A stretch of DNA of 64,000 nt. Origin: a bacterium (GTDB taxonomy: Bacteria > Krumholzibacteriota > Krumholzibacteriia > G020349025). The notes beneath the pieces were generated by a model. It was not told the origin of the DNA. It did not search any database and saw only the letters and a list, made by a program, of their open reading frames with translations. Shown in pieces: positions 17,239-26,657 of this stretch (position 1 is the stretch's first letter; the number at the start of each line of letters is the position of its first letter). The stretch is taken from contig JANLSU010000119.1 of NCBI GenBank assembly GCA_031362565.1, forward strand, positions 33,398 through 97,397, given 5' to 3'. Made by a program: the position numbers and the translations under genes.

Positions 17239-20205
17239 TTAACGCCAGTCTCCAACTGCTACGAATCCTGCCCAGTGATACGGATGTCCGCCCGCACCGC
17301 GGGCCCGCGCTGCTTGCAGCGCACCAAGGCTCGCGGCGCGCACTGCCGCCGCCGTATCCATTTTCTTCTGGAAGTGATTCTCGTACAGCGAATGCATCCA
17401 TGCCCCTGCATCCTCGTCGGCGACAGACCAAAGGCTCGCGATGACCGTTCGAGCGCCCGCCTGTTGAAAGACGCGGCGGAGCCCCATGACACCCTCGCGG
17501 GCGCGAAGCTCACCCAGCCCGGTATCGCAAGCCGACAACACCACCCACTCGACGCCTTCCAGGTCGAGTGAGGAAACTTCGTCCACCGTCAGAATGCCGT
17601 CGTCGCCTTCGACGGCGCCGGCCGCGGCGCGCCGGTTGGCGCCCGCGAATGCGAGTCCCGCAAAGGGCACATCACGCGCGGGATCGGCCAAGAACCCGTG
17701 GGTCGAGAGGTGAATCACGCGCCGGCCGGCGGCCGCAGCTTTGAAGCCGCGTTCGGTCGCCTTCTGGCCCAAGAGACAAAGCGTGTCGGCCGACACGGCG
17801 CGCGCCCACAACACCTTGATGTCCAACGCTTCGCGCCCCGAAGCCGGCAGCGGCCGGAATCGCAACCCGCTGGCCACGCGCCGCGAGTGCGCTGCTTGGG
17901 CCATTTCGGGTGGACCGAAATCCGGATTGCCGACCGCGAGCAGTCCGACATTCCGCTGCTGCGTTCTCTGCGGCACGAGATCGCGTTCGGCGGTCAGAAG
18001 ATGCACCACGGTTTCGCCTTCAACGAGATAGCGCTGGCCGTCCAACGGCAGCGCCATGAAATTGACGAGGTGGATGGCCCCGTCGGGCACGACGAACACC
18101 CGGCGCGCCGCCCGGAGCGCCGTCGCAAGTGGATCCCAGAGCGCCCGGCGCACGCGCTCGCCGTCGGCGCGACACGCGGTTTCGCCGGCAGCGAGCACCG
18201 CGTCCGTTTGATTCGCACCCGCTTGCAGATCACGCGACCATGCAGCGATCCCGGTGTCTATCGCCCCGGCGCTTCCGAGGTCGTAGGCCGCGACCGTGTG
18301 TTTGTCGCCACTGACGACGAATGCGGCGTACGCCTGTACGGGCTTCGCATTGAGCCCGCCGGCGGCGCTGGCGGTGGGAATGCGCGTGTACCGCACGTAC
18401 ACAACGAGCGCCTCACCGGCATGCAGGTGGGCGGCAACCGCCTCGAAGTCGATGCGCTGCCGTTGCTGCTCGGTGTGATAGGCAGCGCTCTGTGCCGCCA
18501 GTTGTGCTTCCACGGCATCCTTGGCGGCGAGCGTCGCGTCGAGGCTGTGCTGATAGTCGGCATTCGACGCGCCGCCGGGCCCGCGCACGGCGAGCGACGC
18601 ATAGCGTGTCCGCGCCCGGTCGAGCTCGCGGTCGAGACGGATGACCAGCGAGTCCTTGGAAGCGGCAACAGCGCGCCGCTCCGCCGCCACCTCGTCGAAC
18701 ACCAGGAGACGCGATTGCACGATGGCATCCACAACCTGGCGCGCGGTTGCCGGGTCGGGGTGCTGCGTGGCAATCGAAACGGCGCAGTCGAGACCCGAGG
18801 TCCGAATGGCCCCGTAGTCGGTCGCCTGGCGTTCCGGCGCGTGCCGCGCCATGCGCCGCAGTTGTTCGCGGCCCACAGCTTCCGCATGCAGCGCCTCTGC
18901 CAACGCCGGCCCGATGGCGCCGGACTGGGCCGTGGCCCGCGCCAGAACCGCTTCGCAATCCATGGTGCGCGGGTGCTCGCGGCCAAACGCGTGCTCGTAG
19001 ATCCGCTCGGCGGCGGCGCTCTTCGTTTGCGCCGCTTCGACGTGTCCCTCGGCGAGATCCAATTCCGCGAGTTCGATCTGACAGCTCGCCACATCCGGAT
19101 GTTCCGCCCCGAGCAAATCGGTCCGCAGGTGGAGCACTTCTTCGTACCCGCGCCGTGCCGCCGGCAAGTCTTGGAGGTTCATTTGCAACTCCGCCGCGCC
19201 GAGCAGGTACGCCGCCAAGTCGAGCGGCGAAGTGCCCGGCTGCGACCGCAGGATCTTCAAAGCCTGCTCATACTTGGCCTGCGCGTCCCCGAAACGCCCT
19301 TGTTTGCGATCCAAGTCCGCGAGGTTGTCGAGAACGTTGGCGATGAGTGGATTGGTGGGCTCGAGCTTGCGGGTGCGAATCGCAAGGGCGCGGTCGAAGC
19401 ACTGGCGCGCTTCCACGTAGCTGCCCGTTTCCATCAACAGGGCACCCAGGTTGTTCAGCACGCCTGCTACGGAGAGATTGTCGGTGCCCAGAGCCTTCTC
19501 GCGAATCGCCAACGCGCGGTCGTAGGCGTCGCGGGCGGATGGGAAATCGCTCGTCCACCAATACAAGATCGCCAGGCCCATGAGCGTGCGGCTCACGTTC
19601 ATAGGGTCTTTGTCGAAGTTCCGCTCGCGAATGGTGAGTGATTGCTTGAGGCTCGTCTCCGCCGCATCGTAGTCGCCGAGCTTAGTAAGCAGAATGCCGA
19701 GGTCCTTGAGCGTTTCCGCGACCTCCGGGCTCGCGACGCCGAAGGCGGTGCGGCGGATCGCGAGCGCGCGCTCGTAGCAACCGCGGGCGCCGGAGAAACG
19801 TCCCGTATCTTCATACACGATCGCCAAATTGTTCAGGCTGGTGGCCACGTCCGGGTGCGTGGGGCCGGAGAGTTTCTCGTGCAGATGCACGGCGCGTTCC
19901 GCGAACTCCCGCACGTCCGCCACGCCCGAGTGCGCTGCACGCGTCGCGGCTTCGACCAAGAGATCGAGCACTGCCGCGGTCTCGGAGGAGTTTTTGCCGG
20001 ACGACGCTTCGACACGGCGGAGCGCGCTCCGCGCGTGTTGCTCGGCGCCGGTGAAGTTGGTGCTGTCGATTTGGGCCCGAATGGCGGTGATCTCGGGTGC
20101 GGCCGGCAAATCGGCTGCGCCCGACGCGCGGGGCACCGGCAACGCCCACCAACCCAACCAAGCGACGATGAGCGTCCGGCTGAAGTACGGTCGGGGCTTC
20201 CGCAT
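17239..20205 (-). CDS. Exported TPR (kinesin-light-chain-like repeats) plus CHAT caspase-like protease
   Basis: Signal-peptide-like N-terminus; repeated HPDVATSLNNLA...YERALAIR units; VPDGAIHLVNF; VIHLSTHGF (His) and VVLSACDTG (Cys) dyad intact; SLWSVAD; HPYHWAGF. Confidence 0.92.
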   Translation of the reverse strand: MRKPRPYFSRTLIVAWLGWWALPVPRASGAADLPAAPEITAIRAQIDSTNFTGAEQHARSALRRVEASSGKNSSETAAVLDLLVEAATRAAHSGVADVREFAERAVHLHEKLSGPTHPDVATSLNNLAIVYEDTGRFSGARGCYERALAIRRTAFGVASPEVAETLKDLGILLTKLGDYDAAETSLKQSLTIRERNFDKDPMNVSRTLMGLAILYWWTSDFPSARDAYDRALAIREKALGTDNLSVAGVLNNLGALLMETGSYVEARQCFDRALAIRTRKLEPTNPLIANVLDNLADLDRKQGRFGDAQAKYEQALKILRSQPGTSPLDLAAYLLGAAELQMNLQDLPAARRGYEEVLHLRTDLLGAEHPDVASCQIELAELDLAEGHVEAAQTKSAAAERIYEHAFGREHPRTMDCEAVLARATAQSGAIGPALAEALHAEAVGREQLRRMARHAPERQATDYGAIRTSGLDCAVSIATQHPDPATARQVVDAIVQSRLLVFDEVAAERRAVAASKDSLVIRLDRELDRARTRYASLAVRGPGGASNADYQHSLDATLAAKDAVEAQLAAQSAAYHTEQQRQRIDFEAVAAHLHAGEALVVYVRYTRIPTASAAGGLNAKPVQAYAAFVVSGDKHTVAAYDLGSAGAIDTGIAAWSRDLQAGANQTDAVLAAGETACRADGERVRRALWDPLATALRAARRVFVVPDGAIHLVNFMALPLDGQRYLVEGETVVHLLTAERDLVPQRTQQRNVGLLAVGNPDFGPPEMAQAAHSRRVASGLRFRPLPASGREALDIKVLWARAVSADTLCLLGQKATERGFKAAAAGRRVIHLSTHGFLADPARDVPFAGLAFAGANRRAAAGAVEGDDGILTVDEVSSLDLEGVEWVVLSACDTGLGELRAREGVMGLRRVFQQAGARTVIASLWSVADEDAGAWMHSLYENHFQKKMDTAAAVRAASLGALQAARARGAGGHPYHWAGFVAVGDWR

Positions 20206-20254
20206 CAACGTCCTCTTCGGTTCGCGGCGCGGAGCTCCTCTCCTTGGGCACCTT

Positions 20255-22069
20255 CTACGGTTCGCGCTTCACCAAGTGAATCCGCCACGTCCAAACTCCC
20301 GGCGCACGTTCCAAGTCGCGGATCAGTCCGGCGATCGTGCCGGCGTGATCCGCGGGTTTGGGCCGCGACACCAGTCCATCGATGCCGCGTGTCAGGCGCG
20401 CTGCGCCGACGGCGGCAAAGTCATTGGCGCCTTCTGAATTGACGCGCGGTAATGCCGCCAGAGTCGTTTCCAATGCCTCGATCGGTTGGCGGGCCGCGAC
20501 CACGAGAATCGTTTCGGCGGCGCCATCGCGCGCCACCGACCAGTTGGCTTCTTCGCCCTGCAAACCGGTTGGCAGCCGCAGCGCTTGTTTGCCCGGCAAG
20601 CGTGGCGCAGCACCTGGCTGGGTCGGATGCAAGACGTAGGCACGGCCTTCGTTGTCCTCGTCCAAAACCCAAACACGCAACGGTTGCGCCATCTTCAGCT
20701 CGAGAAACAACTGATCGAAGGCTTGCACCGTATCGCCGTCCGCGAGTTGTTGGCCTTTGCCGCTACGGTCGCGGAAGAGCCGGGCTTCGGCGTGGGCGGG
20801 CAAGCGGGCGGGCAGCAGAACCAATGCCGCGGCGGCAGCGCCCGCCGCGGCGACACCGAGAGCGACACGCCACGGGTGGCGAGTGAACGCGTGCCACCAC
20901 GGTGTGGACGGTGGTGAATCAGGGACTGGCACCAAGTCGAGGCTCGCCAGCAGTGCCGACTGCATCTGGCCGGCACTTCCGAAGCGTTGCGCCGGATCCG
21001 ATGCAAGAGCGCGCTCGACGGCGCGCGTGAACTCCGGTAGAACGTCCGTCCGCTTTTCGGCAAGCGACGCGCGCTCGCCGCGCGCCTGGCGCGTCATGAG
21101 TTCGTCGATGTCGTCGGTGTCGATCGGATAGGAACCCGTGACCAACCAGAACAGCAACCCTCCGAGCGCGTAGATGTCGGCTGCTGCCGTCGGGCGGCCG
21201 CCGCGCAGGACCTCGGGGGCGACAGAAAGCGCCGTGACCGGTCGCGCTCCGGCGTCGGCGTCGGATTCAAGATCCAATGCCGAACCGAAGTCGGTGAGCA
21301 CGATGCGCCCACCTTTCTCACGCATGACGTTCGCGGGCTTGATGTCGCCATGGACGAGGTTCGTGCGGTGCAACTCTGCCAGCGCACCACAAAGGTCGAT
21401 GCCGATCGCGGCGGCTTCGCGCGCACTGAGCGGGCCGCGCGTTTCGACGCAATGTTGCAGGGTCTCGCCGCGAATGAGATCGGTCCAAATTCCCGCCCTG
21501 CCATCGTGCACAGCACAGTCGAAGACCGTGACGATGTTGGGATGACGGACACGCGCCTGGTTGCGGGCTTCATCGAGAGACTTCTCGAGCCCGGCGGAGT
21601 CGCCGGCACGGCGCAATTTGAGCGCCACGTCGCGCTTGAGGTTGGGGTCGTAGGCGCGATACACCTCGCCGAATCCACCGGTGCCGATTCTTTCGTGAAC
21701 CACCAGCCGCCCCCAGTGCCACGCTGGACTGGGGGCCGGCATCTGCCCCGGCGGCGCATCCTCGGCCGGCTCGTCCGCATCCGGCGCGGCCGCCGATGTC
21801 CCGGCCGCCACGGGTGGCGACGGTGTGGTTCCCGTCGCTGTCGCGGCGCGTTCCTGCGCCGCACGCGCGACGTTGTGCCAGTCGGCTTGATAGGCGTCCG
21901 CCAACCGCGCGATGTCGGCGAGACGATCGAGGCCGGCTTGAGCGTCAACGTCGCCGGCGCCCGCACGCTCGCGGTCCCAATCGACTGTCCGGTGGTCGGC
22001 GAGCGCCTCGGCAACGCGCTGCAGCCGATCGTCGCCGCGCGCCTGCTTATTTTTCCCCATTCTTCCCAT
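20255..22069 (-). CDS. Transmembrane Ser/Thr protein kinase (non-RD, HGD) with extracytoplasmic DUF4384-like domain
   Basis: GTGGFGEVY, VALK, HPNIV, HGDIKPANV, DFG, APE, ADIYALG; TM WRVALGVAAAGAAAAALVLLP; GDTVQAFDQLFLEL...VWVLDEDNEG...VLHP...ETILVVAARQP. Confidence 0.9.
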   Translation of the reverse strand: MGRMGKNKQARGDDRLQRVAEALADHRTVDWDRERAGAGDVDAQAGLDRLADIARLADAYQADWHNVARAAQERAATATGTTPSPPVAAGTSAAAPDADEPAEDAPPGQMPAPSPAWHWGRLVVHERIGTGGFGEVYRAYDPNLKRDVALKLRRAGDSAGLEKSLDEARNQARVRHPNIVTVFDCAVHDGRAGIWTDLIRGETLQHCVETRGPLSAREAAAIGIDLCGALAELHRTNLVHGDIKPANVMREKGGRIVLTDFGSALDLESDADAGARPVTALSVAPEVLRGGRPTAAADIYALGGLLFWLVTGSYPIDTDDIDELMTRQARGERASLAEKRTDVLPEFTRAVERALASDPAQRFGSAGQMQSALLASLDLVPVPDSPPSTPWWHAFTRHPWRVALGVAAAGAAAAALVLLPARLPAHAEARLFRDRSGKGQQLADGDTVQAFDQLFLELKMAQPLRVWVLDEDNEGRAYVLHPTQPGAAPRLPGKQALRLPTGLQGEEANWSVARDGAAETILVVAARQPIEALETTLAALPRVNSEGANDFAAVGAARLTRGIDGLVSRPKPADHAGTIAGLIRDLERAPGVWTWRIHLVKREP

Positions 22070-22748
22070 TCTTGCCGTTCTTGAGCCCCATCTCCTTGGC
22101 CAAGTTGACGAGGCCGCGGCTCAAGACCATGCGGGCGGCGTTTCGCGTCCGCTTCCCGAGCGCCTCCATGATGACGGCGGCACTCGCGCCCCATTCGACG
22201 TGCAGCGCGACCGCGATTTGCTGGTCCTCGTCGAGCCGTCCCAATGCCGCCCGGTAGCGGGCCTCGAATTCGGAGCCCAAGACTCCGTCCAATGGCGTCG
22301 CGGCGCCGTCTACCATGTCTGGATCCAACACCGAGAATTCCGGCTTGCCGTCCGCCCACCGGTATTCGGTCGCCACGAGATTGCGGACGATGGTGCGCAG
22401 GTACGCCAGGAACGCGCCCGGACCTCGCGGCTCGAAGCCGTTCATCTTGTTGAACGCTTTCGTGAAGGCGATCTGCACGAGGTCTTCGGTCACGAGCCGG
22501 GCTCGGGCTCGCCCGGCCAGCTTGCCGTGCGCCGCCCGGCGGAGGGCCGGAGTGAACCGGCGCATGAGATCGGTAATGGCGCGTTCGTCCCCGCTCCGCG
22601 CCCGGATGATCAGAATGGCCGTCGTTTCGAGTGGGCGAGGTGGTTCTCCCCCCCCGCCCGTCGGGTGGTCTGGTCCGTCCAACACAAAAACCTCGCTCGG
22701 GGTCCCCGATCCGGTTTCGGCCTGGCGTGACGATTTGGGCTGGCACAT
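22047..22748 (-). CDS. ECF sigma factor (kinase-associated type)
   Basis: RARSGDERAITDL, VTEDLVQ (region 2.2), AFLAYLRTIVRN; region 4 ALGRLDEDQQIAVAL...ALGKRTRNAARMVLSRGL; overlaps the kinase start. Confidence 0.88.
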   Translation of the reverse strand: MCQPKSSRQAETGSGTPSEVFVLDGPDHPTGGGGEPPRPLETTAILIIRARSGDERAITDLMRRFTPALRRAAHGKLAGRARARLVTEDLVQIAFTKAFNKMNGFEPRGPGAFLAYLRTIVRNLVATEYRWADGKPEFSVLDPDMVDGAATPLDGVLGSEFEARYRAALGRLDEDQQIAVALHVEWGASAAVIMEALGKRTRNAARMVLSRGLVNLAKEMGLKNGKNGKNGEK

Positions 22749-22779
22749 TCAGTATGGAGGGGGGCCCGGCCGCTGTCCA

Positions 22780-23856
22780 TCACCCACGGCGGCGTGAGGC
22801 GATGTCGGCGGCGACGGCCGCGACCAGGATTCCGCCCTTCAGGACCGGCTGCCAAAAGGCTTCGGTGTTGAGCAGGCTCATCCCGTTGTCGAGCGACGCC
22901 ATGACGAGGGCCCCGACGAGGGCGCCGCGGATCGTGCCTTGGCCGCCGAGGAGTGACGTGCCGCCAATCACCGCGGCAGCGATCGCGTCCAGCTCCATCA
23001 TGCGCCCGGCTTCCGACGTTGCAGCCCCGACACGCGCCGTCAATACGACACCCGCGACACCGCACATGGCACCCATGATGGTGAACACCCCGGCCAGGTG
23101 CCGTTTGATGTCGATGCCGGAATAGAACGCCGCCTCGCGGTTGCCGCCGATGGCATACAAATGGCGGCCGAACGGTGTGTGCCGCGCGACCGCCGACAGC
23201 ACGGCGCCGAGGGCCAAGACGAGCAACACCGGAATTGGAATCCCCTCGTAGGCGTTCATGACCGCCGTGAAGGCAAGCCCAAGCGCTGCCGCCGCGAGAC
23301 CTTTCCAGGGCAGGCGCGTGTGCCGTTGCTGAGCGTCGCGGCCAATGAACAGCGCTGCCGCCAGTAGTGCCACGATCCAACCGATGGCGCGCGGCACGTA
23401 CGCCTGGCCGACGAGAAGATAGGCGCGTGTGGGGGAAGTCGACACGCCACCCGTCATGCCGAGCAATGCACCTTGAAACACGAGCATGCCGCCCAGCGTC
23501 ACGATGAACGGCGGGATTCGCAGCCGCGCGACGAGTTGTCCTTGCATGAAGCCGAGTCCGGCGCCGAGTCCGATGGGCAAAGCAAGGGCGGCCGCCAGAG
23601 GCCAGCCGTGATGCACGAGCGCCATCGCCGAGAGCGCTCCGAGGAGGCCCGTCATGGCGCCCACCGAGAGATCGATTTGTCCGGCAACAATGACCAGCAC
23701 CATGGCCATTGCCAGGAGCGATGTCACCGACATTTGGCGCGCCAACAAGGCCAGGTTGCGCGGCACGAGAAATGTGCCGTGCGTCGCCACCGCGAACACG
23801 ATCCAGATCACAACGAGCGCGCCCAGCATGGTGAACGCGCGCCAGCGTGCGGTCAT
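22780..23856 (-). CDS. xylH: Monosaccharide ABC transporter permease (XylH-like)
   Basis: GQIDLSVG, IPPFIVTLGGML, FGRHLYAIGGN, ELDAIAAAVIGGTSLLGG, SLDNGMSLL. Confidence 0.85.
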   Translation of the reverse strand: MTARWRAFTMLGALVVIWIVFAVATHGTFLVPRNLALLARQMSVTSLLAMAMVLVIVAGQIDLSVGAMTGLLGALSAMALVHHGWPLAAALALPIGLGAGLGFMQGQLVARLRIPPFIVTLGGMLVFQGALLGMTGGVSTSPTRAYLLVGQAYVPRAIGWIVALLAAALFIGRDAQQRHTRLPWKGLAAAALGLAFTAVMNAYEGIPIPVLLVLALGAVLSAVARHTPFGRHLYAIGGNREAAFYSGIDIKRHLAGVFTIMGAMCGVAGVVLTARVGAATSEAGRMMELDAIAAAVIGGTSLLGGQGTIRGALVGALVMASLDNGMSLLNTEAFWQPVLKGGILVAAVAADIASRRRG

Positions 23857-25367
23857 AAGCGCACCACCCGGGTTGCGGCCGCCAGGACGGCTTCGGGGTG
23901 TGCGTCCCGGGCGGCAAAGACCGCCGTTTGATGTCCTTGATTCAAGACCACGACCCGGTGGCTCAAGCCGAGCAACTCGGGCAGGTCCGATGACACGAGC
24001 ACGACACCCAGGCCCGCGGCTGCTTGCGCCGCGATCCAGCGATACAGTTCTGCCTTGGCGCCGACATCGATGCCGCGGGTCGGCTCGTCAAGAAGCAAGA
24101 GGCGGGGGCGTGCGAGCAGCCATTTGCCGAGCACGACCTTCTGCTGATTGCCGCCGGAGAGTTCCGCGGTGCGCTGGTCGAGCGAGGTCGTGCGCGTCTG
24201 CAGCGCCGCAACTTGCTCGGCGGCGCCGCGGCGCCGCAACGCGTCATCGAGGAACCCGTGGCGAACGAAGTTCCGGAGCGTCGCGAGCGTCAAGTTCTCG
24301 AGCACCGAAGCTTCCAGCACGAGGCCGAATTGCTTGCGGTCCTCGCTCACCAATGCCACGCCGGCGGCGATCGCTTCCGTGGGGGATCGGAACGGGGTGT
24401 CGGTGGCGCGATCCGCGACGGTCAGTTGCCCGGACACCGGTCCGCGGGCGGCGCCGAAGAGCGATGCCAGAAGCGCCGTTCGTCCGGCGCCCATCAAGCC
24501 GGCGATGCCGACGATTTCACCGGCATGCACGGTGAAGGCGGCGTTGTGGATGACCTCGGCCGCCCCGTCGCGCACGTTCCAATTCTCGATCGCCAAAAGC
24601 GGCGGACCGGGCTGAACATCTGGACGCGGGTAAAGATCGCGCACGTCACGGCCGACCATCTGCCGAATGATTCCGGCGGGCGTCGTGGCGGTGCAGCGCT
24701 CGGTGCCCACACTCTGTCCGTCGCGCAGAACCGTGATGCGGTCGGCGATCGCGAACACCTCTTCGAGACGATGGCTCACATACAGACTCGAGACGCCCGC
24801 GGCCCGCAACTCGCCCAGAAGGCGCAAGAGCCGGTTTGCATCGGCTTCGGGAAGTGCGGCGGTGGGCTCGTCGAGGACGAGAATGACGGCGTTCTTCGCC
24901 AACGCTTTGGCGATTTCCACCAGTTGCTGTTGGCCGATGCCGAGCCGCCGCACCGGTGTCCGCGGATCGATGTCGAGGCCGACGCGCTCTAGCGCTTGTT
25001 GTGCTTCTGCATGGACGCGATCCCAACGCACGAGTCCGCGCTCGGTAGGCAAGCGCCCGAGGAGGACGTTTTCAGCTACGGATAGGTCCGGCACGAGTGC
25101 TAGTTCCTGGGCGATGAGTGCGATGCCACGCGCTTCTGCATCGCGTAATCCACGCCAGCGGACTTCCGTTTCACGGAGCCGCATCGTGCCGCCATACGTC
25201 CCCGCCGGGTAGTAGCCGCACAACACCTTGATGAGAGTCGATTTGCCGGCGCCGTTTTCGCCGCAGAGAGCGTGCACCTCGCCCGGCTCGAGCGCGAATG
25301 ACACGCCGTCCAGCGCCCGCACGCCGGGGAAGTCCTTGCGGATGGACTGCAGTTCGAGGAGCGGCAT
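23853..25367 (-). CDS. xylG: Monosaccharide ABC transporter ATP-binding protein (XylG-like)
   Basis: GENGAGKST, LDEPT, SHRLEEV, LSGGNQQK, DEPTRGIDVGAK: double NBD of the CUT2 family. Confidence 0.88.
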   Translation of the reverse strand: MPLLELQSIRKDFPGVRALDGVSFALEPGEVHALCGENGAGKSTLIKVLCGYYPAGTYGGTMRLRETEVRWRGLRDAEARGIALIAQELALVPDLSVAENVLLGRLPTERGLVRWDRVHAEAQQALERVGLDIDPRTPVRRLGIGQQQLVEIAKALAKNAVILVLDEPTAALPEADANRLLRLLGELRAAGVSSLYVSHRLEEVFAIADRITVLRDGQSVGTERCTATTPAGIIRQMVGRDVRDLYPRPDVQPGPPLLAIENWNVRDGAAEVIHNAAFTVHAGEIVGIAGLMGAGRTALLASLFGAARGPVSGQLTVADRATDTPFRSPTEAIAAGVALVSEDRKQFGLVLEASVLENLTLATLRNFVRHGFLDDALRRRGAAEQVAALQTRTTSLDQRTAELSGGNQQKVVLGKWLLARPRLLLLDEPTRGIDVGAKAELYRWIAAQAAAGLGVVLVSSDLPELLGLSHRVVVLNQGHQTAVFAARDAHPEAVLAAATRVVRL

Positions 25368-25391
25368 TCGCGCCCTCTCAGGCAATTCGCC

Positions 25392-26483
25392 TCACGGAGT
25401 GGGAGTCGCGGCCGGCACGACCGGGCGTTGATCGGCGGGTACATCGCGGTAGATCTCGTCGCGCGTATGAAACCCATCGCCGACGATCACGGCCGCCATG
25501 TTGTCGCGATCGACGGCAACGCAATCGACGAGAATACTGGGTACGTCGATCTTGCCGTTCGGCACCGGGCGAGTCGGCTGGCCGTGCGGTTCTTTGCGTG
25601 CCAGGTGGACGGCGACCTCCGCAGCCGTCCGCGCCAGGCGTGCGAGCGGTTTGTACACGGTCATCGTCTGCGTTCCTGCCACGATCCGTTGACAGGCGGT
25701 GAGTTCCGCGTCTTGGCCCGTGACGAGCACCTTGCCCGCCAGTTTTTGCTCGGCCAAGGCTTGGATCGCGCCGCCGGCCATGCCGTCATTGCTCGACACG
25801 ACCACGTCAATGCGGTTGTGGGTGCGCGTCAGCGCGTTCTCGGTAATCTGCAGAGCTTCGATGGGCAGCCACTCGCGCGCCCACTGGTCGCCGACGATCT
25901 TGATATCACCGCGATCGATGGCCGGCTGCAGGACGTTCAACTGTCCCTTGCGAAAGAGATGCGCATTGTTGTCGGTCGGAGCCCCGGCGATCAGGAGGTA
26001 GTTGCCCTTGGGCACCCGCTGCAAGACGTACTCGGCTTGCAACTCGCCGACCCGCTCGCCGTCGAAGGACATGTAGAGATCGAGATCGGAGTCTTGGATC
26101 AGCCGGTCATAGGCAATGACGGGGACGTTCATCTTGTGCGCCGCCTCGACAATGGAAGCCGCGGTCTTGCCGTTGTGGGCCGCGACCACGAGCACGTCGA
26201 TACCCTGGGTCAGCAGATTGTCGGCTTGGGAGTTTTGCAGCGCGTCGTCGCTGTTGGCCGCCTGCACCAACACCTTGGCGCCCAACTCTTCGCCGCGTGC
26301 CACGAACAAATCGCGGTCGCGTTGCCAGCGCTCTTCGCGGAGGGTGTCCATGGAAAAGCCGATGACGACGGGTAAGTCACCGGCGCCGCCAGGCGCCGGT
26401 TTCTTGCTGCAGCCGAGCATCGCGCCGGCCAGGGCGGCGACGGCAAGAATCGAAATCAGCGTAGCGCGAATGCCGATGCGCAC
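25392..26483 (-). CDS. xylF: D-xylose-type ABC substrate-binding lipoprotein (XylF-like)
   Basis: Lipobox MLGC; IGFSMDTLREERWQRDRDLF, VIAYDRLI, GAPTDNNA, NDGMAGGAIQAL, TGQDA, QTMTVYKP. Probable GTG start 26483. Confidence 0.87.
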   Translation of the reverse strand: MRIGIRATLISILAVAALAGAMLGCSKKPAPGGAGDLPVVIGFSMDTLREERWQRDRDLFVARGEELGAKVLVQAANSDDALQNSQADNLLTQGIDVLVVAAHNGKTAASIVEAAHKMNVPVIAYDRLIQDSDLDLYMSFDGERVGELQAEYVLQRVPKGNYLLIAGAPTDNNAHLFRKGQLNVLQPAIDRGDIKIVGDQWAREWLPIEALQITENALTRTHNRIDVVVSSNDGMAGGAIQALAEQKLAGKVLVTGQDAELTACQRIVAGTQTMTVYKPLARLARTAAEVAVHLARKEPHGQPTRPVPNGKIDVPSILVDCVAVDRDNMAAVIVGDGFHTRDEIYRDVPADQRPVVPAATPTP

Positions 26484-26657
26484 CGGCGTGCCCCCGTCCC
26501 AAGGGTGAAGTCCGGAGGCTACGGGCGCCTCGGATGCCCCGTCAACTGGTGCCGAGAACGTGTGGTAAGGTCCGCGACACGCGCGCAGCGAACCCACCGT
26601 CTTCATCGCCGCGGAGGTCATGACATCACGAAGCTTGGAGGGCGCTGGCTTTGCGCC

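Noticed and set aside
22047..22085. AAGAA(T/C)GG tandem at the ECF/kinase overlap as a phase-variation tract
   Set aside because: Only three imperfect 9-nt units, which keep the frame; nothing indicates slippage.
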